DNA of 64,000 nucleotides from the human T2T-CHM13v2.0 reference genome, Homo sapiens. The position numbers and the translations under genes were made by a program. Numbering within the stretch: position 1 is the stretch's first letter; every line of letters begins with the position of its first letter. Location of the stretch: NCBI RefSeq assembly GCF_009914755.1, contig NC_060929.1, one strand, 5' to 3'. Below are positions 42,530-55,433 of this stretch, piece by piece. The notes under the pieces were generated by a model that searched no databases, had not been told where the DNA came from, and saw only the letters and a program-made list of their open reading frames with translations.

Positions 42530-42589
42530 TCAGCAAGAAAATCAATACATTTGCTCCCTACTGTCAATTGTATCCAGGGCTCCTGTGGG

Positions 42590-42900
42590 TATATGATAGA
42601 TCAGCTCAACATACATATTTAATGGGTTACAGAAGTAGCTATAAATATTTATGAAGGTGGTCTTGACACATGTGTACTGAACAAACATGCATGTAACACA
42701 CGTTTATCTTGGGGTGGAGACTTAACCTTTGCCGGGCATGGCCTTAGGTCCTGTTTATGATTTGGTATCTTATAGCCACAGGCTGTGCTGCCAGTCTCAT
42801 GATCTCTATTTTAACATTAATGCTGTTGTTGTGTCTAAACTATAAAGGGAGGGGGGATAACAAGGCATTCCCAACCTCGTTTCTCGTGGCTCACTTTCAA
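42590..42900 (-). mobile_element. MER57/MER41-group LTR fragment
   Basis: gatctctattttaacattaatgctg...aaagggaggggggataacaaggcattcccaacc resembles MER41/MER57-group LTRs. Confidence 0.55.
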
Positions 42901-44224
42901 GCAGTGGGCAGCTGAATATGGGCTCAGTTACACCAACATGTTCAGGTAGGAGGACTTCTTTTTTTAATACTTGAATTCTACATACTCTCACATAATGGTC
43001 ATTATATTTTTAGTATCCAGTGATTGCTTTTTGCCATAATGTATTTTCTCAGATAAAAATTTAGTCACATCTTAAAATAAACTTGCATTTTACTAATCAA
43101 AACTGCATCTATAGGACTTGAAAAATAGTAATAAATAGATGTGAAAAACACATTCAATTTATAGCAATACTTAGCACACAAATAGATTCATGGATTACCC
43201 TCCTCCCCCCAAAAATCTGATGGTTGAACCCATCTAAATAAATCATATTACCTTTTTTAAAAAACGACTTTTGGTTAGTTTATATAAATTATTTTCCATG
43301 AATGTAGTTCTAGTAATAATGAATGAATGCACTGTTTATTGACTATTTGCAAATTGTTTTTGTTATCTCAGATTGAAATTTTGGAGGTATCAATTCCTTG
43401 AGATGGGAGGAGAACGGAAGGAAAACAAACAACTACCTTTTCCTTTCCTGTTGTTGCTGATGTGCACTTTCCCTGTCTTCCACGTCATGACTCAGGAAAT
43501 GAGGGGGTGCATCTCAGAGGGCACCCTGCCTGTGTTCTCTGTCATTGCCTGTGAGCCACCGACTGATACCATCATTTTAATCACTCAAGAAGCCTTCCTT
43601 TCAGGAATGTATATTGCTTCTTGGCCCCTGCCTTCTCCCTGGAAATCCTGGGCAAAGAGCCAGGGAAAAAATGTGAGTGCTCAGGCCGAAATCAGTGGGC
43701 TGGAATTGTTTCTTCACTTTGGGTGACTCCACTGTTACTCAAGGAATGAACTGATTGGCACCAAGCAAGAAGAACAGCACATCTCTTTGGACTCATTCCC
43801 TTATTTATAAGCCATAACCTTAGGGACAATAAGCTAGAGACCCTGCCAGCATCCTTGAGCCAGGATCTCATCTGTTGTCACAGTAGCCATGTTTCCCTGG
43901 CATCCGAGAGCCCAAGGATGCAAATAAGGCCTGGGCCAAACTAAGCTCTGACAATTAATGTTATTCCAAAGAGGCAGCAGCGAGGGTAGGAAGTTCTGGT
44001 CCCCTCATCTTACTTCAAGTTTCACAGCCAAGAGTGATGATAGCTTTAGTCAATAAGTACAGTCAAGGAGCCTATGAGACAGAACTTGTCACAAAGACAG
44101 CTGATGTTTCGCATGGACCTTAACAGAGTAACTGGTGTCTCTTCAGGAATGGGGCACAATCCAGAGGTTACTAACCACGGGTGAGTAACAGGTGATCCAC
44201 AACAATCTCATCTGACTCATAGTA

Positions 44225-44685
44225 GAGATTGCTGGCATCTACCCAGCATTCATTCCCCCTCTTCCTAAGAGAAACTCAATTCGTTGTAATCAGCAACATA
44301 TTCCCAACAGGAAAATCACATTTCAAGCCTTCCTTTAGATAGGTGACTACATTTTGGCCAGTGAGATAGGAGTGAAAGTTAGTCAGATGGGCTCCTCCTG
44401 ACAACTCCTTTAGAAGGGGCTGACCCAGCTGTCAGCCATTTGCCCTGGTGTGTCCTCCTCTCTACTGACTACAATATAGGTGTGATGGCTAGAGTAGCAG
44501 CTGCTATCTTGGGACAAGGGGAGACCTTGGGGTAAACAGAACCTAGGATAGTAAAGCAGAAAGATAGAAGAGCCTGGGCTGATGATGATGTGGCAGAACT
44601 GCCATACAAGCTCTGGACTGCTAATCTCTGGACTTAACTTTCAGGAAACAAAATTAAACTCTATCTGGCTCAAGCCACTCTTACT
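44225..44685 (+). mobile_element. Old MLT1 (I/J-like) LTR
   Basis: tttggccagtgagataggagtgaaag, tgtgatggctagagtagcagctgctatcttg, aaagcagaaagatagaagagcctgg, ctcaagccact. Confidence 0.65.
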
Positions 44686-44689
44686 TTAT

Positions 44690-44832
44690 GGACCAAGAGC
44701 ATCGGCAGCACTTGGGAGCTTGTTAGAAAGGCAGCTTCTCAGGCCCCTTCCCAGGCCAAATGAGTGACGATCGGCTTTGTAGCAAGATCCACAGGTGATT
44801 TGCATGCACAGTAAAGTTTGGGAAGCACTGCT
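44690..44832. mobile_element. MER5A fragment
   Basis: cacttgggagcttgttagaaaggcag...caggtgatttgcatgcacagtaaagtttgggaagcactg. Confidence 0.85.
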
Positions 44833-46924
44833 CCAGATGTAGTTAGTTTCTCTGTTTATGAAATTATTAACTGATATATCCTGGGAAATAATGAATTCTA
44901 TTTGCCGGTACTAAAACATGGTAAGAATGATATAACCATTGGATAAAACAACTAAAATGCCCTGAGTTATTTGGATACAAAGAAAGAAAGCATTCATGTC
45001 AATTAGTTAATTGATGTTCCAGCCACTATACCTGGCACCAGAGAAGTAAAGATATCCCTGCTCTAGACTCCATGGTCTAACAAGGGAGACATATAGATAC
45101 TGTGTATTGTGTTGCATTGCATTATAAGAACCGTTTGGATGCAATAAGAGCTATGCCCAGGTGTTCCGGGAAAACAGATGAGGGGTCTAAGCCTTCCCTC
45201 CTGGGCTAGGGAGTAAGTTAGAGAAAACTTCTTGGAAGAGATGTCACCTGAGTAGTTAAGAATTATCTTGCTTCTTCCCCCAGTTTCAGGGATCAGAGGC
45301 CATCCTTTGTGGGCTTAAGTCAGCCTGCTGGCCTCCCCAGCTGCTCCTTAAATTCTAAGAGTTGGCATAAAAGACACAGGTTACAACACGAATGTCTTCA
45401 TCCTACACGATCTTTACTTTCTCTGTTCACAATGTGGGCTCCTTGGCTCCATTTTACATATACAGGAAATTTGGACACTGAATAGAGAGTGAATTTCAAA
45501 GGATTCAGAGAAGGCAAACCCATATGAGTGTTTAGAGTTCATTGATCACTAGTATCTTCTTAATTTTGTGAACACCGGGTTCTGAATTCCTTCATTGACT
45601 AGCTATTTCTCTTCATGTCTTCTACAAACATTCTGAAGTTGGAAATCCTTTTTATTGGTGTTTAGAATAAGTCAATGTTTTTCCTCTCTTTATATTTCTA
45701 CTTGATATTCCTCAGTTTTCTGTATTATTAAAAATGAAATCACATTTTTGGATACTTGTGGTTTGGCCGGCTGGTTGGGAAACTTTTCTGGCATTCATTA
45801 TTGCTTTTTTCTTTCCATTTAAAGAACATTTACTGGATTTGGTACTTGGCGAAAGAAACTGACAAATTAAGAAATGAGAGAGAATAAATGCACTGTGCAT
45901 GCTGAAACCCCAAGAAGACTTTTTTTCTCCTACTTTTTATGGACCTGAGGTGTTGGAAATGGAAACATTGTTTCAAACAAAATCCAGATTTTTCTCTCTC
46001 TCCCCAAGAGATATGGCTTTAATCTTTTTTCTTTTCTTCTGCTGCTTTTCTGAAACACTCTGCTAGGGGCTGATTTCCTCTTCTTTGAAACAGACCAAAA
46101 TATCCCTGTGGGTGAAAAACATGCCGGAAGTGAAACAGAAAGACTCAGCTTGCCCCGTGTTCGTGGTCTGTCAACTTCTCTAGCCAGTGCCTGGGTCCAC
46201 AGCTCACTGCTGCCGGTTGCCCTGCGTTAGCCGCATTGCGGGGGAGACAGGAGAGGCTTGAAGGCTTTTTATATTCTACTCTCTTCTGAAGAATTCACAA
46301 GTTAGCAAGCACTCAACCACTACTAACCGGAAGGTATTGCCAACCATAACAAACTACACCCATCAACAAGGCCTCCCTCATATTGCAATCCCAGCAGAAA
46401 ATGATGCAGGAAAAGCACTCCCCAAATCTTGGTTGCCTGCCACCCAAGTTCTTATGCCAAGATATGTGTTTAGCCAGTTCTAAGATGCTGCCACCTTTTC
46501 ATGTGTCCAACACTAGGCTTTCTACCATAGTTCCCTCCACCCAGAATGTGTTACTTGGCTCCTACAAATGCAAGAGGAAGTGCCCTTCCCTGAACAGAAA
46601 TCAAAACACAGGGTGAAACCACGACTTGTTTTCAACAGGCCTCCTGTTGTGAGCCCTCCCAGCTGTGCTGCCTTTCTCCAAGAGAGCTGGGACTGGCGGC
46701 TCGAAGCGGTATAAATGGCCTGTGCCTCTTCCTGAGGCTGCCTGTAACAAGTGTCTCAAGAGCAATTTGTCATCGGCTGGAGATTACCAACTTGGCTCAC
46801 TGAACCAGATCGTGCTTTGTCACATGTGAAATTCTGATGTTCTAATACATGGCTTGTTTGCAAACTACGCCTTAAATAAATATATTCAGGATATTTAACA
46901 ATATAGTGTTCTGAATTAGACCAT

Positions 46925-47716
46925 CATTTACATCTGTATTTATTCAATAATCATTTACTAAGTGCCAAATACATGCCGAGTACTATGCCGAGTGCAACAG
47001 TTAAAACGCAGGAAAAAGATAGTATTGCCCTTACTGGGCTATAAATTCAAATCTCTGTCTCATCTCATCAAGCAATCTTTCCGCCTTGGCCTCCCAAAGT
47101 GCTGGAATTATAGGCATGAACCACCACACCTCACCCAGGAGAGTTTTCTTTAACGAGTGATGCTTGATCTCAGTTTTGAAAAGTATAGAGGTATTCACCT
47201 AGAGGAGAGGAAAGAACAGAGCATTCTGGAAAGAGGACTGTGGAGCAAAGGCAAAGAGATATTACATAGCCTGGCATGGTTTGGGAACTATAAGCAGTTG
47301 AAGTTGGTAGTGAATGGGGCATGAGAGGAAGGGGAGGTAGGCAGAGGCATGATCGTAGAGAACCCTGTATTCCAATCCAAGAATCAAAGTCATCATCCTG
47401 AAGGCTGTGGGGGCAATATTGAGGAGATTCCCAGAAAATGAGTGATATTTACTTGTCTTCATGACAGCAAATTGAACAGCAGGGGTTGAAAACAGGGGAA
47501 GGCTAAGTAGCAGATCATTGCAATAGACCAGAAAAATGAAGGCTTGAAACTTCAACGGGCAACAGGGATGAAGAGTTGAGAACAGATTTGAGAGAAGTGA
47601 AAGGAGTAGGATCTGCAGAACTTGGAGACTGACCGGATTCTGGAAGATTAAGGAGATGGAGATGTCAAGGGTGAATGGTTCCCAGTTTATTATTTAGGAA
47701 CCCGAAGGAATGCTGG
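46925..47716 (-). mobile_element. LINE-2 fragment (host of the LTR12C)
   Basis: tttattcaataatcatttactaagtgcc, agagcattctggaaagagg...agcaaaggcaaagag, agatttgagagaagtgaaaggagtagg; L2-like sequence resumes after 49329. Confidence 0.7.
47068..47135 (-). mobile_element. Alu 5' fragment (~70 bp)
   Basis: ccgccttggcctcccaaagtgctggaattataggcatgaaccaccacacc, with no body or tail. Confidence 0.8.
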
Positions 47717-47798
47717 TGTGTGCGGAATTGGTGGGTTCTTGGTCTCACTGACTTCAAAAATGAAACCACGGACCCTCGCGAAGAGTATTACAGTTTTT

Positions 47799-48073
<275 letters not shown>

Positions 48074-48419
48074 TGTTACAGTTCTTAAAGGCGTCGTGTC
48101 CAGAGTTTGTTCCTTCTGATATTCGGATGTGTTCAGAGTTTCTTCCTTCTGGTGGATTCCTCGTCTCGCAAGCTCAGGAGTGAAGCTGCAGACCTTCCCG
48201 GTGAGTGTTACAGCTCTTAAGTCGGAGAGTCTGGAGTTGTTCATTCCTCCGGGTGGGTTCGTGGTCTCGCTGGCTTCAGGAGTGAAGCTGCAGACCTTCC
48301 CTGTGAGTGTTACAGCTCATAAGGGGAATGTGGACCCAAAGAGTGAGCACCAGCAAAATTTATTGCAGAGCGAAAGAACAAAGCTTCCACAGTATGGAAG
48401 GTGACGGGTTGTCACTGCT

Positions 48420-48640
48420 GGCTCGGGCAGCCTGCGTTTGGTCTCTTATCTGGCCCCACCCACATCCTGCTGATTGGTCCACTTTACAGAGAGCTGATTG
48501 GTCTGTTTTACAGAGAGCCGATTGGTCCGTTTTGACAGGGTGCTGATTGGTTCATTTACAATCCCTGAGCCAGACACAAAAGTGAGTGCTGATTGGTGCA
48601 TTTACAAACCTTGAGCTAGATAGAGTGCTGATTGGTGTAT
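48420..48640 (-). promoter_or_regulatory. LTR12C U3 enhancer/promoter: NF-Y CCAAT array and GATA site
   Basis: ATTGG at 48473, 48497, 48521, 48546, 48592 and 48631; ttatct at ~48446. This is the known ERV9 LTR architecture. Confidence 0.7.
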
Positions 48641-49897
48641 TCACAATCCCTTAGCTAGACATAAAGATTCTCCAAGTTCCCGCTAGACTCGGGAGCCCAG
48701 CTGGCTTCACCCAGCGGGTCATGCACCAGGCAGCAGATGGAGCTGCCTGCCAGTCCAGCGCCGTGGGCCCGCATTTCTCAGCCCTTGGGCGGCGGATGGG
48801 ACCGGCCGCTGTGGAGCAGGGGGCGGTGCTCCTCGGGGAGGCTTGGGCCATGCAGGAGCCCACAGCGGGGGGTGGGGGAGGCTCAGGCATGGCAGGCTGC
48901 AGGTCCTGAGCCCTGCCCTGCTGGGAGGCAGCTAAGGCCCCGCGAGAAATCGAGCGCAGCACCCGTGGGCCAGCACTGCTGGGGGACCCGGCGCACCTTC
49001 CGCAGCTGCTCGCCGGGTGCTAAGCCCCTCAGTGCCCGGGGCCAGCAGGCCGGCCGCCCGCTCAGAGTGTGGGGGGCCCGCCAAGCCCACGCCCACCCGG
49101 AACTCTGGCCCGCAAGGCTGCGCGCAACCCCGGTTCCCGCCCGTGCCTCTTCCTCCACACCTCCCTGCAGGCTGAGGGAGCCGGCTCCGGCCTCAGCAGT
49201 CCCAGGGAAGGTCTCCCACGGTGCAGCGGGGGGCTGAAGGGCTCCTCAAGCATGGCCAGAATGGGCGCCCAGGCCGAGGAGGCATCGAGAGCAAGCGAGG
49301 GCTGCCAGCACGCTGTCACCTCTCACTGGTGCCTCTCATTTGAAAGGGATGTAGGAAGAAGAGCTTAATGGGGTACTCTCAGAAAAAGAATGCCGGGTTC
49401 TCTCTTATTAATGGCTTCCATCTGTTGATGGCACTGCTCTATCAGCTGTGAGGAGTGTGGCAGGCAAAGTGCAGGGGAGCTTATCAGTCCCAGCTTCACA
49501 TCGTAGGTGGCTAAAGAGTTTTCACTCAGATCAAACCCAGAACTGGAGCAGCCTGCTTTAACACCACAGAGAAAAATGTCCTTCCAAAGCTATGGCTCCA
49601 CTGGCTCTGACCCCATCGGGGTCACACTTCATCACACTGAAGAACCCAGTGTGTGCCATTGATTCTAGGGGGAAGATGGTGCTGGGACTTGGCCTAACAT
49701 CCCAATCAAAAGAAAGCCACTGAAGCATATTCTTTGACACAGGCTAATACGATTGGTGTGTCATGCAAAACGAAAAGTCCACAGTCTGTAGCACCGATAA
49801 AGACACTACTCTTTGGCTGCAAAGTATGCATACACTCACATAGCAAAAAAGTAGCCTGGACTAAAGCTCTTCTTACTGTTTGCTATTTTATAGGGGG

Positions 49898-49932
<35 letters not shown>

Positions 49933-49960
49933 CACACACACACATATATGTATATATAAA
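49898..49960. repeat. Compound (TG)n(TA)n(CA)n microsatellite
   Basis: Read directly from the sequence. Confidence 0.95.
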
Positions 49961-50016
49961 TGGTTTATATGATATATAAATTGGTATATACATATATGAA
50001 TATACAGAATATCATA

Positions 50017-50341
50017 CAGTCATCCCAATATCCTTGGGGGATTGATTTCAGGACTCCTATGGATACCAAAATCTGAGGATGCTCAAGTCTCTCTGGTATA
50101 AAATGGTGTAGTATTTGCATATAATTTACACACATTCTCCTATATACTTTTATCGTCTCTAGATTACTTATAATACCTAATAAAATATAAATGATTTGTA
50201 GCTAGTTGTTATACTGTATTGTTTTTATTTGCATTATTTGTATTGTATTTTTAATTGTTTTGTATATTTTTCTGAATATTTTTGATCCATAGTTGGTTGA
50301 ATCCACAGATGTGAAACTTGCAGATATGAAAGAGCTGGCTG
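50017..50341. mobile_element. MER2 (TcMar-Tigger) fossil
   Basis: cagtcatccc...ggataccaaaatctgaggatgctcaagtc...ggttgaatccacagatgtgaaac...ggctg, flanked by TA on both sides. Confidence 0.9.
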
Positions 50342-50479
50342 TATATGTCTAAGTATATGTATGTATCTAAGTGTATGTATACATAAAGTGGTTTTTGTAA
50401 GAGATGTGTATATATATATCGTAAATGTATGCTATATACTTATCTTTTCAGTTCACAACTTAATGGGAGCATATATTTT

Positions 50480-50900
50480 TGAAATTTTTATTATGGAGAA
50501 TTTCAAATATGTATGAAAGTAGAAGGGATAATGTAATGTATCCGTCACCCAGTTCTAATCATTAGTAAGTCATAGTTAATCTTGTTTCCTCTGACAATGC
50601 CCCCACCAATATCTCCTCTTGCCTCCTGGATTATTTTAAAGCAAATATATTGGAAGTGTATGTATGTGTACCTGTATATTAGAAATACTTTTTAATTGGG
50701 AACAGTTTTAGATTTAAAGAATTATTTTAAAAATAGTACATAAAATTTCTCTCTACTGCACTCTATTTCCCCTATTAATAACATTTTACAATAGGATGGT
50801 ACATTTGTAATAATTAGTGAACCAATATTGACACATTATTGTTAACAAAAGTCTATGCTTTCTTCAGATGTCCTCAGTTTTTCCCTAATGTCTTGTTTGC
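50480..50900 (-). mobile_element. Old L1M 3'-end fragments
   Basis: tttattatggagaatttcaaatat...; aattagtgaaccaatattgacacattatt...aaagtcta. Confidence 0.65.
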
Positions 50901-52046
50901 GTTGCATGAGCCTGTTGGAGGGATATTTTATTCTGCCTTTACAAGTCCTTGTGGTCTTGGGTTACATGCTCCACTTCATCTATTTGTGAGTTTTTCAGGT
51001 CTAGGTAGCCTGTATGATATTTCAAACCCTTTCCTCCCCTCGCCTTCCTATCTTTATCTCCCATGCTCCAACTTAGTTGGGAAAGGATACCACAGCACAC
51101 ATGTCCCCATTAGGAGCACTGATACCTCTATCACCCTTTGGAGCACTGTGGTCACTTGCTGGATTCCCTTTAAACTGCCATTTTGGAATTCATGCCAAGA
51201 CACCACTGAATGTAATTTGGGACAGCCTATGAAGCAGAGAATTCAGAAAAAGCCCATGTACCTTTGAAAATACATTTGGGAGGACCACCACATTAACCAA
51301 ATGAAATAGAACCAACAGTTCCCAGGCTGTTTGGGTTAATTTCTACTTTAGCTGTTCACAGTGTGGGGATTCGGGGGCAGTGATTTAGAGGCTCCACGGA
51401 GACCCTAGGAGGTGCTGCTTCTTGGGGTCCAGTCAGTTTGCCCTTCAACACCAAGCAGCCCCCTGGGAGGAAGCCCTGTGCTCTCTGCTGATGGCACAAG
51501 AAGTCAGTTCTCTCTGGAGGTGCTTTACTTAAACCAGTGCTGTTTATGGTGCCAGGTTTCTGATGCAATGCCTGCCTCCAGCCAGCCTGTCGAACAAATC
51601 GAAGTGTGATGGGTGGCTGGCTTGGGGCCAGAGTGGCGTCACTGCCCATTAATAGAAGTTGATGGAGCTCAGAAAAATGCTTTCAGTCTGGCAACGATCC
51701 GACTCCTTCTACACTTTGTCTACCTTGAGGAAAATATATGGAAAAATCAATTTAGGGATGCTTATTTTTACCAGTTTGTGTTAATTTAAGCACCAATTTG
51801 CCTAGTTACTGTTAGATTTTTAAAAAATGTTTTGTGACACATCTTGTTTTTTCCTGATTTATATAGTCTTTTATAGGTTCTGTTTCCTTCCAAAAAAAGA
51901 TCTGAGGTGACTTATTACAAAGGACATTTATTATTAGCATGGAAGTTTTCTCTGCTTTTTCTTGATAATGTTCTGCTTATGTAACTATAGTTGATGAATT
52001 AGAGCTTATTTATCTAGGTATTAATATTTCACTTTATTCCATAAAG

Positions 52047-52497
52047 GAGGGGTCCCCAACCCCCAGGCCATGGACCATTGAGGATCCATGGCCTGCTAGG
52101 AACCCGGCTGCACAGCAGGAGGTGAGTGGTGGGTGAGTGAGCATTACTGGCTGAGCTCTGCCTCCTGTCTGGTCAGTGGCATTAGATTCTCATGGGACCG
52201 TGAACCCTATTGTGAACTGCACATGTGAGGGATCCGGGTTGCATGCTCCTTATAAGAATCTAATGCCTGATGATCTGTTACTATCTCTTATCACCCCCAG
52301 ATGGGACCATCTAGTTATAGGAAAATAAGCTCAGGGCTCCCACTGATTCTACATTATGGTGAATAAGTAATAATGATAGAAATAAAGTGTACAGTAAGTG
52401 TAACATGCTTGAATCATCCAAAACCTCCCCCCACATTTGTAGCAAAATTGTCTTCCACAAAACCAGTCCCTGGTGCCAAAAAGGTTGCGGACTGCTG
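52047..52497. mobile_element. MER1A hAT-Charlie element with 8-bp TSD
   Basis: gaggggtccccaacccc ... aaaaaggttgcggactgctg; TSD ccataaag 52039-52046 / ccataaat 52498-52505. Confidence 0.92.
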
Positions 52498-52855
52498 CCA
52501 TAAATGGTATGCACAAAATATACAGATACTTATGCCATACAACAAGGTAAGACAAATTACAAATGTGTGAGAAAGGAAAAAGGAAACCCAAGTTAGTAAC
52601 ATAAAATATAGCTGTAAAATAGGACTTCACAGAAATTCATACCATGAAGTCCTATATACTTGCTCCAAATGGGTTGCACATCAGCAAATGGGGCTCAGAA
52701 AAGCCAGTAATAAAGGAAAAACACGATCATTTGGGCAAACTATAGTTCCAATCATCTAAAAAGAAGCCACACAACTCTTTCTGATACTCACATCAAGAAG
52801 AACTTAAAGAAGACACTATGTAATAAACATCTTTAACAATATTCTTATTGGAGAC

Positions 52856-53228
52856 TGTTATGGGCTAACTTGTGTTCCCCCCATCCCACCCCTTGTCCTA
52901 AATTTATATGTTAAAGTCTCAACCCCCAGTGTCTCAAAATGTAATTATATTTAAAGATAAGGTCTTTAAAGAGGCAACTAAGTTAAGGTGAGATCATTAG
53001 GGTAGAACCTAATTCAACATGACTGGTGTCCGTAGGATATAGACAGGCACAGAGACAAAACCATGTGAAGACAAGAAGACACCAAGGAGAGAAGACTCAG
53101 AAGAAATCACCTCTGCTGATACCTTCTTTTTGGACTTCTCACCTCCAGAACTGTGAGGAAATAAATTCTGTTGTGTAAGCCACCTACTTTGTGGTACTTT
53201 GTGATGGTAGCCCTAGCAAACTAATACA
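52856..53228 (+). mobile_element. MLT1A0/B-type MaLR LTR
   Basis: tgttatgggctaacttgtgttcccc ... ccctagcaaactaataca; 5-bp TSD gagac/gagat. Confidence 0.88.
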
Positions 53229-53309
53229 GAGATACAGTAATATGTTTCCTAAGGGCTATCTCTAGTACCATCCCTCTTTTCAGGCTGAAGACAGCACCCT
53301 AATTTACCC

Positions 53310-53840
53310 AGATTCCTCCTTCCCTACTTCCCAAGCCTGCCCCCACATCCCACTGAAATTCACATGACCATTGTAGGAACTATGTGACCTTGCCATGCTG
53401 GCCACAGCTAATTGGCCTGGAGGCAAAGAACCTGACCCCAGCTGGCCCAATCAGTCTTTTCCTGGGATTTTTCCACCTGGAACCGAGAGTGCTTGACATT
53501 AGTCCTCTCTGGCAGCAGAAGTTATAGGATGTAAGCCTCATAAGCAGTCAGTGGCCATATATTATCCCAAGCAGGGAAGATGAATCTGTGAGAAGGATGA
53601 AGCCAGACAAAGACAGTCTTAGCTTCATTCCAATCTCTAGTTCATTCTTTAATTTAACATTATTTATTGAAGGCTTAGTATGTTCCAGGTACTGGTTCAG
53701 TCACTCCTGAAGTCCGTTGCATCCCTGCTTTCCTTGCAACATAGTTGTTCCTACCCTTTCATTGATTCCACCACCAATAAAGCCCGCTTTTTGCCTAAGT
53801 CAAATGGGGTTGGATTTCTGTTGCTTATAACCAAAGTATA
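53310..53840 (+). mobile_element. Old MLT1/ERVL-type LTR fragment
   Basis: ggccacagctaattgg...acctgaccccagctggcccaatcag ... ttttgcctaag...ggatttctgttgcttataacca. Confidence 0.55.
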
Positions 53841-54644
53841 CACCACAATCCCCTACATCCTCCTTTCCCCTCTAGTTACTCTGGATTGCTGGCAGCTTCT
53901 TGAACAATTTCTGTTGTCACAGGGTAACAAGAGTCAGGTCAAGGGGTAACTATGCTTCCTTTTTTCAGTCTTCTCCATATAAAAATAAACAATGTTCAAA
54001 TATTAATTATGCTGGTTTCTTTGTTCTGCTTGTAAAAGCTCATCTTTTACCCCCAGATACCTGAGCTGATCCAGACACTCCTCACTCTCCTAGACTTGAG
54101 GGGATGGTCACAGAGGCTTTTTCTTACAACTATGTGATTATTTCAAAATGTAGGAAGTAGCTAACCACTTTTATAACCTCTCCTAGTGCAGAAATGACTG
54201 GTGGTGATGAAATTCAATCATGAACTCACATTGTATGTATTAATGACATTTCTTCCATGTAGTAAACTCCTCTCATTTCTTTAATTTTACTGTTAAGTAT
54301 CAAGCTGGTACATTATTTGTCCACTTCATATGAAATTTATCTTTTAAGAAAGAGGCACAGAGATTTTTGTGTAGCTTACTTGTATTCTCATTTTGTGGAT
54401 TTTATATTTTTCCCAGAACAGAGATCAAAAAACTATTAACTGACTTTCAGCCTTAACTAGGAAATGGGCACCCAATCAAAGATTTTTTTTTGAAACATTT
54501 CTTCATAGTAGGTACCCATTACATATTGTTGAATAGATGTGTTCTTATTCTGATAAATAACACTGAGTGGAAGACCTAGTACTGTTTTTATTCAGAAATG
54601 TCTGTATTATTTCTATTACTGGGTGGAAACACAGAGTTGTTAGC

Positions 54645-54830
54645 AACTTGAGTTTGCATACCAGAACCGCTATTTAGTAGGTGGTAGGCCTCTGCCAAGT
54701 AGGTCACTGGACTGCAGAGCCTCAGTTTTTCTCACCTATAAAATGGGAATTAAAATACCTATTTTGCAGAGTAGTTAGATGATTAAGTCAAATGATGTAG
54801 GTAAATGACTGTCATGAGTGCCTGCCATAG
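54645..54830 (+). mobile_element. MIR
   Basis: gagcctcagtttttctcacctataaaatgggaattaaaataccta. Confidence 0.8.
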
Positions 54831-54832
54831 TG

Positions 54833-55433
54833 TGTGTTTCAGTTAGTTTTAGGTGTCAACTTGACAGAATTAAGGAATACCTAGAGAGCCAGTGAAGGAT
54901 TACTTCTGGGAACGTTCATGAGAATGCTTTCAGAGGAGACTGGTTTGTGTGTTTGTGGACTGAGTCGGGGATATCTGCCCTCAATGTGGGTGAGCACCAT
55001 CCTATTGGCTGGGGACTTGATAGAACAAAAAAGGCAGGGAAAAGGTGATTGTTTTCTCTCTCTTTCCTGTAACTGGGCCACTCTTATTCTCCTGACCTTG
55101 GACATCAAAAACTCCAGCCTTTCTTGCTTTTAAACTCCAGAGCTTACACCAGAGGCCCCCACCTCCGGGTCTCAGGCCCTCAGGCCCTCAATCTTGGACT
55201 GATAATTATACCATCAGCTTTCTTAATTCTGTAAAAGCTTTCAGACTTTGGCTGAGCCATGCTACCAGCATCCCAGGGTTTCCAGCTTACAGACAGCATG
55301 TCATGAGACTTCTCAGCCTCTATAATCATATAAGCCAATTCTAATAAATCCCCTCTCATGTCTACCTATCTATCTATCTATCTATCTATCTGTCTATATT
55401 TTATTGGTTCTGTCTCTCTGGAGACTGCTACTA
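54833..55433 (+). mobile_element. MLT2 (ERVL) solo LTR
   Basis: ttttaggtgtcaacttgacagaattaaggaatacctaga ... (ctat)n ... ttggttctgtctctctggag. Confidence 0.88.

Noticed and set aside
48074-48330. Regularly spaced repeats (ggagtgaagctgcagaccttcc.gtgagtgttacagctc) resembling a CRISPR array
   Set aside because: These are the known ERV9/LTR12 U5 tandem repeats. The context is eukaryotic, the intervening segments resemble each other, and there are no cas genes.
48651-49368. Cluster of 60-166 aa ORFs and a CpG-island-like region
   Set aside because: All lie in the GC-rich U3 of the LTR12C. The scarcity of stops is compositional, and this is not a host-gene CpG island.
51300-51700. GC-richer unique segment with 65-97 aa ORFs
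   Set aside because: No recognisable protein, splice architecture or strong motif cluster. It may be regulatory, but the sequence alone does not support that.
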